Shown: in pieces, positions 1 to 10,062 of the stretch
Layout of the letters: each line of letters begins with the position of its first letter
How positions within the stretch are numbered: position 1 is the first letter of the stretch
Origin: Gammaproteobacteria bacterium
GTDB taxonomy: Bacteria > Pseudomonadota > Gammaproteobacteria > Eutrophobiales > Eutrophobiaceae
Length of the DNA: 64,000 bases
Reading direction: 5' to 3'
NCBI GenBank assembly: GCA_965116585.1
Contig: OZ220714.1
Location: 159,651-223,650 of the forward strand
Made by a program: the position numbers and the translations under genes
The notes under the pieces: generated by a model
Told to the model about the DNA's origin: nothing
What the model saw: the letters and a program-made list of their open reading frames with translations, nothing else
The model's database searches: none

Positions 1-888
1 TTGCCATCTATCCCTGGCATCAAGAAGTTCCCGGTGGGTTTGCAGCATTTCCGTCACTGTAACAGGGTCAGCCAGGCCCTGTTCTGCAGCCTGTACGAAG
101 CTGCCGATCAAACCGGAGTACTCTGCTTCTTCCCGCACGCCTGGACGCTCTCCCGATAAAACAACTGAACGGGGACCGTCTTCATCCGGCCATTCTACCG
201 AAATTTGAAGGCGATAATCAGCGTTTCCTCTCATATCCACCGAAATTCCAAGTTCCGTTTCTCCGAGCCAACCCCTAAGCGAAACCTGGAGGGGGTAATC
301 ACCCGGCAGGCTATCCGGCACGGTGAGGCCGGTCAGCGCCCGTCCCCGTGCCCCACAGAGCCAGCGGACCAGGTCATGACAATGGATTCCCAACACAAAA
401 TAAGCTCCCCCACTACGCACCGGGTCACGTATCCAACTCTTGCCGGCAGCCAACCGGTCAATCCCCAGTTGATAGCTGCAATGTACCCTGCGGGGAACAA
501 CCGGGCCGTCTTCAGACCGGCGTAAACGCCGTATCTGGTCGTTGAAACGAAGACGATAACCAAGATGAACAGGGAAATCAGCGGACGGCAGGACAAGTTC
601 AAGTTTCCTCAATTCGTCCCGTGAGATACAGAGCGGCTTCTCAACCATCACTGCCTTTCCCGCCGATACCGCTTTCAGAGCCATGTTGGCATGAAGATCA
701 TTGGGTGCGGCAATCGTGAGCGCATCGACACTGGGCAAGAGGTCTTCCAGGCTGTGATACCAGGAGACAGCCGAACCCGGCGACCGGCGCGAGACCACGC
801 CGACCAGGCGTGCGCCGTGCGCCGACAAGTGTTTTGCATGAATCCTGCCGGCATCTCCCCAGCCGACGACTCCTACTCGCAAGCCCAT
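1..888 (-). CDS. Gfo/Idh/MocA family NAD(P)-dependent oxidoreductase (3' end runs off the window)
   Basis: Not in the ORF track because there is no stop inside the window. Manual translation from ATG at 888 gives MGLRVGVVGWGDAGRIHA...VDALTIAAPNDLHANMALKAVSAGKAVMVEKPLC...LGYRLRF...GIHCHDLVRWL: Rossmann GxGxxG, EKP and H-x-x-D motifs. Confidence 0.85.
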   Translation of the reverse strand, partial: MGLRVGVVGWGDAGRIHAKHLSAHGARLVGVVSRRSPGSAVSWYHSLEDLLPSVDALTIAAPNDLHANMALKAVSAGKAVMVEKPLCISRDELRKLELVLPSADFPVHLGYRLRFNDQIRRLRRSEDGPVVPRRVHCSYQLGIDRLAAGKSWIRDPVRSGGAYFVLGIHCHDLVRWLCGARGRALTGLTVPDSLPGDYPLQVSLRGWLGETELGISVDMRGNADYRLQISVEWPDEDGPRSVVLSGERPGVREEAEYSGLIGSFVQAAEQGLADPVTVTEMLQTHRELLDARDRWQ

Positions 889-930
889 TGCCGAAGAACC
901 CTACTCATCCAGGGATGATGCTTCAGTGGT

Positions 931-2223
931 TCATTGCTCCAGCAAATTCCGGTAGATCTTACCGCCCTTCATCACCAGCAGGATATTGCGCAATGCTTTG
1001 ATGTCCTGCGTCGGGTCCCTGTCCACGGCAACGACATCGGCATATTTGCCTGCTTCCAACGTGCCTGTCTCATCCCCGGCTTCCAGCATCCTGGCAGTTT
1101 CCACGGTCGCCGAGCGCAACGCTTGCAAAGGCGTCATCCCCGCTTCCACGTAGTATTGTGCCTCGCGGGCAGTCGCCGTGGTGCCGTCATTGGGCTCGGC
1201 CGGCATCTGGTCGGTGCCCAGGGCGATGTTGACTCCTTCCTCGATGGCCATTTCCAGTGCTCGCCAGTGCGCCTTACCGGCGGATTCACGCCGTTTCAGG
1301 TACCAGGGCGGGGAACCGATACGCTCGAAAAACGGCGCCGTGGCCGGCTGGCTGACGACGATGGTGGGTACCAGCCAGGTGCCGTGTTCTTTCATCTTCT
1401 TCAGGGTTGGACGATCCAGGAAATAGCCATGCTCTATGCAATTGATCCCGGCATCCACGGCAATGTTCGTCGCCACCGGAGAGCCTGAGTGCGCCGTTAC
1501 CTTCACGCCGAAGCGGTGTGCCGCGTCGATCACCGCACCGATCTCCTCCGGTGTCATCAAAGCCTCGGCCAGGCCGCCGCCGTCTGTGGCTATCCCGCCG
1601 GAGATCGCTATCTTGATCCATTGCGCGCCGGCGCTGATCTGGGTACGCGTACCTTTTATCAATGCCGCGGGGCCGTCATACTTGGTCCTGCCGCTTTGTT
1701 TGGAACCATGCCCGGCGCTGATCGCCAAGGCTTCTCCGGCGCTGTAGATGCGCGGGCCATCCACCTGTCCCTTGTTTATCGCCCGCATCAGCGCCAGGTC
1801 GGCATGGGCACGGTCACCGGTCAGGCGAATCGTGGTCACGCCGGCCTGCAAACTCTCACGCGCGTTCGCCGCCATACGCAGGGCCAGTGCCGCCTCGCTT
1901 TCATCAGCAAGTTCTGCCGCCAGCTTGCCGGGCAGCACCAGACCCAGGTGCACGTGCATGTTCATCAGGCCTGGGATCAACCAGGCGCCGTTGGCGTCTA
2001 TCTGTTCGGCGCCGTCAGGAATGTTAACACTGCCGGCGTCACCGATTGCTGCGATCCGCTCCCCTTCCACCAGGATAACAGCATTCTCAATCGGCGCCGC
2101 ACCATCCAGGTCAACCACTGTGCCGCCAACGATAGCGGTAGTGGCGGCTGCCTGCGCTGTCAGGATAAATGCTGTGAGGAAGATCAGGACTGCAAGACTT
2201 GACAAAGCCCGGTTTACGCTCAT
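931..2223 (-). CDS. Exported metal-dependent amidohydrolase (prolidase/Xaa-Pro dipeptidase-like), paralog 2
   Basis: Signal-peptide-like N-terminus; PGLMNMHVH, AHS, IEHG, LGTD and GKYADVV motifs. Start moved to MSVNRAL (2223), which has an upstream AGGAG. Confidence 0.85.
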   Translation of the reverse strand: MSVNRALSSLAVLIFLTAFILTAQAAATTAIVGGTVVDLDGAAPIENAVILVEGERIAAIGDAGSVNIPDGAEQIDANGAWLIPGLMNMHVHLGLVLPGKLAAELADESEAALALRMAANARESLQAGVTTIRLTGDRAHADLALMRAINKGQVDGPRIYSAGEALAISAGHGSKQSGRTKYDGPAALIKGTRTQISAGAQWIKIAISGGIATDGGGLAEALMTPEEIGAVIDAAHRFGVKVTAHSGSPVATNIAVDAGINCIEHGYFLDRPTLKKMKEHGTWLVPTIVVSQPATAPFFERIGSPPWYLKRRESAGKAHWRALEMAIEEGVNIALGTDQMPAEPNDGTTATAREAQYYVEAGMTPLQALRSATVETARMLEAGDETGTLEAGKYADVVAVDRDPTQDIKALRNILLVMKGGKIYRNLLEQ

Positions 2224-2296
2224 TTCATATCTCCTTGTTCGCAAAATGAGGAGGACGGAATTTTATATAGCCACGCTATTCATTAACCATAGATGG

Positions 2297-3583
2297 TTAC
2301 AGATTATTACGGTAAACCTTACCGCCCTTCATCACCAGCAGGATATTGCGCAAGGCCTTGATGTCTTCCGTCGGGTCACTGCCCACGGCAACGATATCGG
2401 CATATTTACCCATTTCCAGAGACCCGATCTCATCCTCCGCCTCCAGCAGCCTGGCGGGTTCTATGGTTGCCGCGCGCAACGCCTGCAGCGGGGTCATGCC
2501 GGCCTCCGCGTAGTATTGCGCCTCGCGCGCGGTCGCGGTGGTGCCGTCATTGGGTTCGTGCGGCAACTGGTCCGTACCCAGGGCGATATTCACGCCCTCC
2601 TCAATGGCCATCTGCAGCGCCTTCCAGTGCGCTATGCCGGCGGAATTACGCCGTTCGAGGTACCACGGCGGCGAACCGATCGCCTTAAAAAACGGCTCTG
2701 TGGCCGGTTGGCTTACGACGATAGTCGGCACCAGCCAGGTGCCGTGCTCCTTCATTTTCTTGAGGGTCGGCCGATCAAGGAAGTAACCATGTTCTACGCA
2801 ATCCAGTCCGGCATCAATGGCAATGCTTGTGGCTGTCGGGGAACCGGAATGCGCCGTCACCTTCACCCCGAAGCGGTGGGCAGCGTCGATCACCGCGCTG
2901 ATCTCCCCGGGTGTCATCAGTACTGCGTCAAGATCACCCCCGGCCGTGGCTATTCCGCCGGATATAAGGATCTTGATCCATTTCGCCCCGGCGCTGATCT
3001 GCGTGCGCGCCGCTTTGACCAGTTCATCCGGGCCGTCGTAATTTTTCTTCCCATCTTTTTTCGAACCGTGCCCCGCGGTGATAGACAGCGATTCACCGGC
3101 GCTGAAGATACGCGGACCAATGGCCTGGCCCTTGTTGATCGCTCTCATCAAGGCCAGGTCGGCATGTGCCGTATCACCCGGCAAACGTATAGTGGTGACG
3201 CCGGCCAGCAGGGCCTCACGCGCGCTCGCAGCCATGCGCAACGCCAGCGCCGCTTCACTTTCATTGGCCAGTTCAGCCTTCATCTTGCCGGGCAAAATGA
3301 GGCCGAGGTGCACGTGCATGTTCATCAGACCGGGGATCAACCAGGTGCCGCTTGCGTCAACCTGTTCGGCGCCGTCCGGTATTTCCACACTGCCTGCTGC
3401 ACCGATTGCCGCAATCTGCTCCCCTTCGACAAGAATGACGGCATTCTCAATCGGCGCCTTGCCCTCCAGGTCAACTACCGTGCCACCGACAATAGCGGTG
3501 GCGGCAGCCGTATCAGCGGCTTGAACGGATATCGTAAGAAGAAGCAGGAATATAACACCAGACCGAATTTGGGAAATGCTCAT
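2297..3583 (-). CDS. Exported metal-dependent amidohydrolase, paralog 1
   Basis: Same motifs as the neighbour, with long identical stretches (WLIPGLMNMHVHLGL, EHGYFLDRPTLKKMKEHGTWLVPTIVVSQPAT); signal peptide ending VQA. Confidence 0.88.
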   Translation of the reverse strand: MSISQIRSGVIFLLLLTISVQAADTAAATAIVGGTVVDLEGKAPIENAVILVEGEQIAAIGAAGSVEIPDGAEQVDASGTWLIPGLMNMHVHLGLILPGKMKAELANESEAALALRMAASAREALLAGVTTIRLPGDTAHADLALMRAINKGQAIGPRIFSAGESLSITAGHGSKKDGKKNYDGPDELVKAARTQISAGAKWIKILISGGIATAGGDLDAVLMTPGEISAVIDAAHRFGVKVTAHSGSPTATSIAIDAGLDCVEHGYFLDRPTLKKMKEHGTWLVPTIVVSQPATEPFFKAIGSPPWYLERRNSAGIAHWKALQMAIEEGVNIALGTDQLPHEPNDGTTATAREAQYYAEAGMTPLQALRAATIEPARLLEAEDEIGSLEMGKYADIVAVGSDPTEDIKALRNILLVMKGGKVYRNNL

Positions 3584-3626
3584 CTCAGCTACCCCCTGTC
3601 AGGTATGACGCACCTTCCTGTGCAAA

Positions 3627-3656
3627 TCCGGCTTCCGTGTAATGACGGAAGCCGGA
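3627..3656 (-). terminator. Stem-loop (possible intrinsic terminator or mRNA stabiliser) after the TonB-dependent receptor gene
   Basis: 12-bp perfect inverted repeat tccggcttccgt/acggaagccgga with a 6-nt loop; only a short U tract follows on the - strand. Confidence 0.5.
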
Positions 3657-3682
3657 ATTAAGTCCACATGGAAAAAGAAAGA

Positions 3683-5983
3683 TTACTCGCCGTACGTGTA
3701 TCTCACGCGAATACCGTAACTGCGCAGGGACGGCTCAAGGGACACGCCGCCGGCCCAGGCCTTGCGGTAGGCATTCTGGTAATAGTGGCTGTTAAACACG
3801 TTCTCCGCATAGCCGGTGATGGTGAAGTCCGCGTGACGCACACCCGCGCGTACGTTGAAGAAATCATAGCTGGGCACCTGCCAGGGATATTCATTCGGCC
3901 GCAGCAGATCTTCTACCTGAACCCGTTCCACCTTATCCCGGTATGTCCATTCGATACGGGCAAAACCATCGTAATTCGGCGCCAGGTTGAAGGTGTATTC
4001 GGCATCTGCTGACATTGTCCACTCGGGTGACAACGGTGTACGGCTACCGTCCAGGACATGGTTGCACTCTGTAGAGGGCGGTCTGTGGTTACAGACATTA
4101 TCGCGGATAAACACAGTGGCCTTATCAAGCTCCGCATCAAGATAACCCAGGTTGAAATTCACGATGAGATTATCGACGGGCAATGCGGTAACGGACACCT
4201 CCACGCCTTTGGAGAACGCCGATTCGGCATTACTGATGAACGTTCCGCCCGCACTTTCACCTAACTGGGGTACCAGGAAGCTCACGTGCATATCACTCCA
4301 GTCCATGTAAAACACTGCTGCGTTGATCCGCAACCTGTTGTTCAGCAGGTCCGCCTTCATACCTACCTCATAATTCCAAACCACCTCCGGATCGTAGGGA
4401 ATTCCCTCAGTACCGAATCGGGTCACACCACCCGACTTGAAACCCTTGGAGATGGTGGTGTACAGGTTGATATCGTCGGTCATGGCATAGTTCATCGAGA
4501 ACCTGGGAGAGAAGCTGGTGAATTTTTCATCAACAGCAATTGTTGTTACTTCTCCGGCTACTGAGACGAATTCCTGACTCACCGTTCTGGTCTCTTCACT
4601 GTAACGACCGCCGAAAGAAAGGGTCAGGTTTTTCGTGAAGTCCGCTTCTACCTGACCGAACAAGTGCCAACCTTCAATTCCATCCGTATTGTCCGACAGG
4701 CCAATACGTGTCCAGGCCGGAAGGCCGAACGCATTGTCAGAACCGGCATAGGTCTGGCTGAAGATATCTCCTTCATCCTCGGCATACAGTCCTCCGAAGT
4801 TCCAGCGGAAGCGGGAAGATGAGTCGATGCTCTGCAGGCGCATCTCATGGCTGAAGCTGTTGCGCTCAATGTTCCTGAACTCGTTCCAGCCGTCGATACT
4901 GGAACCGTCTACGTCACCATTCAGGTTGAAGTCGGAACTGATATGGCCGGTGATGCTCGTGAACAATACGTCGCCCAACTCATAATCTACCCGTCCTGTG
5001 ATCATGCGGTACGTAGTGCCGACTTCCTGGGGGAAACTGAAGTTTACCTTATTTCTGTTTTCCGGCCAGAAACCGATACCGTCATGCAGGGGCTCGGTCA
5101 GGCCATCTCCGTCAGCATCCTGAAATCTTGCATAATCCCGGCCATAAAGCCGCTCTGCAAAGTAAGAGAATGCCCCGGAAGGCACACCTTCCCGCATGCC
5201 CGTTGTTTCAGAAGCAAGCGTTCCGGTAATATCAACTGCCAGGTCATCAGTAGGTGTGAAGCGGATTCTTGCCCTGGCGTACTTATATTCCGAGTCATTG
5301 CCGCCACCCACTGGATTAACATTCTTAATGTTCCCGTCAGATTCGCTGTACTTGATATTGCCGCGCATGGCCAACATGTCCTTCACTATTGGAATGTTGA
5401 CAACGCCCTCAACATCCTTGGTGTCATAGTTGGAATAATCCACCATGACCGAGCCTGCCAGTTCATTATGAGGCGCTTTCGTGGTGATACTGATGCCGCC
5501 ACCGGTAGCGTTCCTGCCGAAATAGGTGGCCTGAGGGCCGCGTAATACCTCAATACGCTCAACGTCCATGATGGGCGGGTTGCTGGAACTGCCGACAACA
5601 CTGAAATCATCGACATAAAAGGCAAAAGTAGCCGGCCTTAAAGGGGAGTTGACATCCAGGAAGTTGGTGACGCCGCGGATACTCAGTTCCCTGCGAGATT
5701 TGGAGCCGTCCGATTTCCAACTGATGTTGGGTGTACGGGTGACGTACTCGGTCACGTCATTAAACATATACGCTTCAACCGCATCGGCATTGAACGCGGA
5801 GATGCTGATTGGCACATCCTGCAGGTTCTGCTCACGCCGTTGCGCGGTGACCACCACTTCTTCAATCCCGACGCTGTCCTGGGCGACGATGGCGCCGGAC
5901 AGTGTCAGCAGGATGAGACCAGAGCACAGGGCCGAAAACCGCAGCAGGGCGCCCATGCCGGTATTGATAGTTCTGCTCTTCAT
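3683..5983 (-). CDS. TonB-dependent outer-membrane receptor
   Basis: IEEVVVTAQRREQNLQDVPISISA plug start, ERIEVLRGPQATYFGRNATGG, C-terminal beta-strand RSYGIRVRYTY. Start at MKSRTIN with an AGGAG RBS. Confidence 0.92.
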   Translation of the reverse strand: MKSRTINTGMGALLRFSALCSGLILLTLSGAIVAQDSVGIEEVVVTAQRREQNLQDVPISISAFNADAVEAYMFNDVTEYVTRTPNISWKSDGSKSRRELSIRGVTNFLDVNSPLRPATFAFYVDDFSVVGSSSNPPIMDVERIEVLRGPQATYFGRNATGGGISITTKAPHNELAGSVMVDYSNYDTKDVEGVVNIPIVKDMLAMRGNIKYSESDGNIKNVNPVGGGNDSEYKYARARIRFTPTDDLAVDITGTLASETTGMREGVPSGAFSYFAERLYGRDYARFQDADGDGLTEPLHDGIGFWPENRNKVNFSFPQEVGTTYRMITGRVDYELGDVLFTSITGHISSDFNLNGDVDGSSIDGWNEFRNIERNSFSHEMRLQSIDSSSRFRWNFGGLYAEDEGDIFSQTYAGSDNAFGLPAWTRIGLSDNTDGIEGWHLFGQVEADFTKNLTLSFGGRYSEETRTVSQEFVSVAGEVTTIAVDEKFTSFSPRFSMNYAMTDDINLYTTISKGFKSGGVTRFGTEGIPYDPEVVWNYEVGMKADLLNNRLRINAAVFYMDWSDMHVSFLVPQLGESAGGTFISNAESAFSKGVEVSVTALPVDNLIVNFNLGYLDAELDKATVFIRDNVCNHRPPSTECNHVLDGSRTPLSPEWTMSADAEYTFNLAPNYDGFARIEWTYRDKVERVQVEDLLRPNEYPWQVPSYDFFNVRAGVRHADFTITGYAENVFNSHYYQNAYRKAWAGGVSLEPSLRSYGIRVRYTYGE

Positions 5984-6425
5984 TACTCCTCTCCCCCTTT
6001 GATGTGTACGTCTAATGGAGATTAACGGTAACAACCACCTGCTCGCAGGCTTGTGCGACAAGTTTACCCTAACAGAAACGTTGCTTCAATAACAATATTG
6101 TAAATAATTAGCCCGCATATCTCACCAAGTGATGCGAAGATCGCGCCGGATTTTTTGCGTTAGCGGGCGCTCACGACCGAAAGCATAGTTATTCTTCTGG
6201 TTGAGGGAGTATGTGCCCGATAACGCAAAAAAGACCAGCGAGGGCGCATCAAGCGCAGTGTGTAATGGCAACATGGCAGGTAGATTACCACAACTCATTG
6301 ACAGCAAACATTTCTCCGATGGCAACAAGCGACTTGGTGAGATATGCGGGTTAGTTGGCTGTTTACCACACAGTGCCATCCTGTGTGCCGGAGTGGTCAT
6401 TGCCGGCGTTGGTATATTGGTGCAG

Positions 6426-7928
6426 CTACGCTTTTGCGCCGATAAACTTCCTGATGGGCCTGGCTGCCGCCAGCAACAGTATGCCCGCACCGGTTGTTAC
6501 GGCGACGATTTGCAGGTACAGGCCGGGCATATCGTGCAAGGCTTCGGGGTCGAAACGACCTGCCAGCAAGCCCGCGATCAGGTTGCCCAGCGCCGCGCCC
6601 AGGAACCAGATGCCCATCATCTGGCTCAAATAACGTTTCGGCGCCAGTTTGCTGATGGCGCTGAGGCCCACGGGGCTGATGCATAATTCTCCGGTGGTGT
6701 GCAGCAGGTAGGTCAACAACAACCAGGTGGGCAGGACGCTGTCGCCGCCGGCCACCAGGTGCGCGGCCAGGTACATGACAAAAAATCCCAGGCCAAGCTG
6801 GATCAAGCCCACGGCAAACTTGACCGGTATGGACGGGTCGAGATTGCGCCGGCCCAGGTTTAGCCAGAGGGCTGCCACGAACGGAGCAAGGATCAGGATA
6901 AACAAGGGGTTCAGGCTCTGAAACCAGCCGGCCGGGATGACGAAACCCAACAGCTCCCGCTCCGTGTAACGGTGCGCAAACAGGTTCAGGGATGAACCGG
7001 CCTGCTCGAACCCCGACCAGAAAATAGCCACGGCAATGACCAGAATGACGATCACCACAACCTGCTTGCTTTCCGCTTCGGTCAGGTTGCCATACAGGAA
7101 GATATAAGTGAAATACAACGCCACGATAGCAGTAAGCAGGTAGGTGGAAGCTTGCGCCAGGCGTAGCGCGTCGAAGCGGATCACCCCTGCCAGTCCCAAC
7201 AGGACGGTAACAATCACCAGGCCCAGACCGATGCCGACAAATAACCAACCATAACGCGGGGCGTCTTCAATACCCGTGTCGGGACGCCTGTGCGCGGGAT
7301 ACAAACCGGCCTCCTGCAAGCGGTGACGGCTGTAACGATACTGGATCAGCCCCAGCAACATGCCGATCCCGGCCGCAGCAAACCCGTAATGCCAACCGAA
7401 GCGTTCACTCTCGCCCAGGGCGCTGCATATCAGTGGCCCCAGCATCGCGCCCAGGTTGATGCCCATATAAAAGATGGTATAACCCGCGTCCCTGCCGGCC
7501 CCGCCCTGCGGATACAATTCGCCGACAATGGCACTGATATTCGGTTTCAGCAAGCCGGTGCCCAACGCTACCAGCACCAGGCCAACGTAGAAGGTCGGTA
7601 CAGCAGGGATAGCCAGGGTAAAATGCCCGAGCATGATGACGATGCCCCCGTACCACACGGCATCCTGGGCGCCGAGCAGGCGATCCGCGATCCAGCCGCC
7701 GGGCAGCGCCGCCAGGTACACCGCGGCCGCATACAAGCCGTAAATCGCGGTGGCGGTCACGTCATCCATGTCCAGCCCGCCTTCAGCAATGGCGGTAGTC
7801 ATGAACAACACCAGCAAGGCCCGCATTCCGTAAAAACTGAAACGCTCCCACATCTCGGTGAAGAACAGGGTGCGCAGACCGGGCGGATGGACCCCCTTCG
7901 TTGCAATTACCGCTGAAGAATCTTGCAT
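6426..7928 (-). CDS. Proton-dependent oligopeptide transporter (POT/PTR family, MFS)
   Basis: ExxERFxFYG motif (TEMWERFSFYGMR), GTGLLKPN, FYMGINLG, WFQSLNP, GELCISPVG. Confidence 0.93.
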   Translation of the reverse strand: MQDSSAVIATKGVHPPGLRTLFFTEMWERFSFYGMRALLVLFMTTAIAEGGLDMDDVTATAIYGLYAAAVYLAALPGGWIADRLLGAQDAVWYGGIVIMLGHFTLAIPAVPTFYVGLVLVALGTGLLKPNISAIVGELYPQGGAGRDAGYTIFYMGINLGAMLGPLICSALGESERFGWHYGFAAAGIGMLLGLIQYRYSRHRLQEAGLYPAHRRPDTGIEDAPRYGWLFVGIGLGLVIVTVLLGLAGVIRFDALRLAQASTYLLTAIVALYFTYIFLYGNLTEAESKQVVVIVILVIAVAIFWSGFEQAGSSLNLFAHRYTERELLGFVIPAGWFQSLNPLFILILAPFVAALWLNLGRRNLDPSIPVKFAVGLIQLGLGFFVMYLAAHLVAGGDSVLPTWLLLTYLLHTTGELCISPVGLSAISKLAPKRYLSQMMGIWFLGAALGNLIAGLLAGRFDPEALHDMPGLYLQIVAVTTGAGILLLAAARPIRKFIGAKA

Positions 7929-7997
7929 GCCAGTGAGAAGAGTTTGTTATGTATTACCAGGTGAAGAACATTGCCGGTGGCAAGAACAGGGGTGATT

Positions 7998-9725
7998 CTA
8001 CCTCATATATAATGCGACGGCATCTATCGGTATCGGCCCTGCCCGCAACACTTTATCAACAAATTCCCGGGTATTGAAATCCTCACCCAGGCGTTCTTTT
8101 TCCTGTTGCCACAACTTCCTGAAACCGTGAAAACCAAGGAAGTAGCTTGGAATCTGTAACGGGTTGTTCATGACCCGCACCCATAAATTCTGCGCGAACT
8201 GGGGTGGCAGCAAACCGCGCGTGACGGCAAATTCCATCACCTGCTCCTGGTTCCAGCCCTCAACGTGCACCATCACACTGACGTAGGCGCGGGTTGCATT
8301 TTCCAGGCGTTTCCTTAAATGCGCAAGGCGCGTCAGCCTGTTGTGCTCATCCCAGCCGGCGTTCAGCATCAACTCTTCACTGAAAGTGCCCCAGCCCTCA
8401 ACATAGACCCCGTTAGCGAACAACGTGCGCAGCGCCGGCGCATGTCGGGCGGCGACCTTATATTGCAGGTAATGTCCCGGATAGATCTCATGGGCAATGA
8501 TCATGGTATTGAAATGGTCATTGAAGGAACGATAAAACCCTTCTTTCTGTTCCGGGGTTGAAGCATCGGGGATGGAGGGCAGGTAAAACAGCGTATCGGC
8601 GCCGGGGTCGAACGGCCCCGTCGAATAAACACCCCCATAGGCGGCGCCCGAGAAGTGATCCGGGGACAGACCGACATAGATGGTGCGCGGCAGCGGCACC
8701 GTCGCGAGATCATTTTCCAGCAGGAATTTTTCAGCCTTGTCAGTGAGTTCTCTGAACAGGTTCAGAAAGTCCCGACGCGTGTCTGCCCGCGCTTGCTCCA
8801 TCTGTTCCACTACCGCTTGCAGCAAGCTGTGATCATCTGCGGGCAATGGCGTTTGACTGGCATTTTCCTGCCACCATGCCCCGGACTCCAGCGCCATCAA
8901 ACGCCGTACTTCTTCAACCTCTATAGCCGCGTCGTCACGGAGTTGCGCGGGAGTGAGCTCACTGTCAGTGACAATCCTCAATTTACGCGCATAATCTGCC
9001 TGGCCCAGCCGGTCCGGCAGAGCCGCGTTTGGCAACACGTTCTCGCGCACATGGCGCAGCAGGTCATCCATGGCATTGACGGTAGCTTGAACAACCTGGG
9101 CGACCTGTTCCTGCCGGTTTCCCCCGGACCACTCGTGCAGCAGTCCGGGCAGGGTATCCCGGTAAAATGTCCTGGTTCGTCCCAGCACCTCCAGCGCCCG
9201 CCGGGTTCGTTCCGGGCTGCCGTTGTGCAGGTTCAAAACCCCGGCCCCGCACATTGACCGCACTCCCGCCAGACGTTGCAGCACGGCCTCGAACTTCTCT
9301 TCCGGAGTGAACTGTTCCCGTACCAGAATATAGGTCAGGGCCTGGGAAATCACCTCGGCATACCAGCCAGGCTGGTTGACCCGCGCGTTATCATGCACCC
9401 AGCGCTCCAGTTCCCTCCGGGCCTGGCGCCGCAATACCCATTTGTTAACGACCGCAGTCACAGACAGGTTCGGCGAAGCATCAAGCATTTCCAGGGTCTC
9501 ACGGTTAAAATCAATCCACTCCTGCACCCTGTTGCCGGAAATATCCTCGAATTGCCGGGCTGCTCCCTTGAGACCATTGCTCAGCGCCTTGCTTGGGTAG
9601 AACCCGATCCACTCCTCAATGTAATATTCTATCAATTCATCATCCGGAGTTGCCGCCCGCACTGTCCCGGGAGCCATACAAACAGCGAACGCCAGTATCC
9701 AGGAATATAAGTTAATGTTACTCAT
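7998..9725 (-). CDS. DUF885 family exported protein (putative metallopeptidase-like)
   Basis: AHEIYPGHYLQ and YVEGWGTFSE motifs, C-terminal LRAGPIP, signal peptide. Start at MSNINLY overlaps the nirD end by 8 bp. Confidence 0.8.
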   Translation of the reverse strand: MSNINLYSWILAFAVCMAPGTVRAATPDDELIEYYIEEWIGFYPSKALSNGLKGAARQFEDISGNRVQEWIDFNRETLEMLDASPNLSVTAVVNKWVLRRQARRELERWVHDNARVNQPGWYAEVISQALTYILVREQFTPEEKFEAVLQRLAGVRSMCGAGVLNLHNGSPERTRRALEVLGRTRTFYRDTLPGLLHEWSGGNRQEQVAQVVQATVNAMDDLLRHVRENVLPNAALPDRLGQADYARKLRIVTDSELTPAQLRDDAAIEVEEVRRLMALESGAWWQENASQTPLPADDHSLLQAVVEQMEQARADTRRDFLNLFRELTDKAEKFLLENDLATVPLPRTIYVGLSPDHFSGAAYGGVYSTGPFDPGADTLFYLPSIPDASTPEQKEGFYRSFNDHFNTMIIAHEIYPGHYLQYKVAARHAPALRTLFANGVYVEGWGTFSEELMLNAGWDEHNRLTRLAHLRKRLENATRAYVSVMVHVEGWNQEQVMEFAVTRGLLPPQFAQNLWVRVMNNPLQIPSYFLGFHGFRKLWQQEKERLGEDFNTREFVDKVLRAGPIPIDAVALYMR

Positions 9726-10062
9726 CAGCTTGCCGTATTGACAGGATAGCCCCGTTATCCAGGAATACATCACCCCCCTCTCCCACCCGCACCGGCACGG
9801 TGCACACCGGCATCATGTCCGCGTCCTGCGCCTCTCCGCTGGCCAGGTCAATAACCAGGTTGTGCAACGGGCAGGTGACCTGCGCGCCGTGCACGATGCC
9901 CTGGCTGAGCGGGCCCTGGCGATGCGGGCAACGGTCTTCCAGCGCGTAGATCTGGTCGTCTTCGGTACGAAATACGGCGATCCTGCATCCGGGAGAGACG
10001 ACGACACGGGCGCCGGCAACCGGTATCTCCGCTATCTTGCCAATCGCCGTCCAGTCGGCCAT
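9718..10062 (-). CDS. nirD: Nitrite reductase (NADH) small subunit, Rieske-type
   Basis: IAVFRT...EDRCPHRQGPLSQGIVHG..VTCPLHN; the start ATG overlaps the nirB stop (TGATG). Confidence 0.9.
   Translation of the reverse strand: MADWTAIGKIAEIPVAGARVVVSPGCRIAVFRTEDDQIYALEDRCPHRQGPLSQGIVHGAQVTCPLHNLVIDLASGEAQDADMMPVCTVPVRVGEGGDVFLDNGAILSIRQADE

Noticed and set aside
205-918. Short track ORFs at the window start
   Set aside because: They are alternative-frame or antisense shadows of the Gfo/Idh/MocA gene at 1..888 (-).
1748-3661. 637-aa + strand ORF (also 38170..39906, 24940..26538, 32674..33855 and similar)
   Set aside because: These are antisense shadows of well-supported - strand genes in GC-rich DNA, with no recognisable motifs.
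6360-6380. Sigma54 promoter upstream of the TonB-dependent receptor
   Set aside because: TGGCAC is present on the - strand but the -12 TTGC element is missing; none was found upstream of nirB either.
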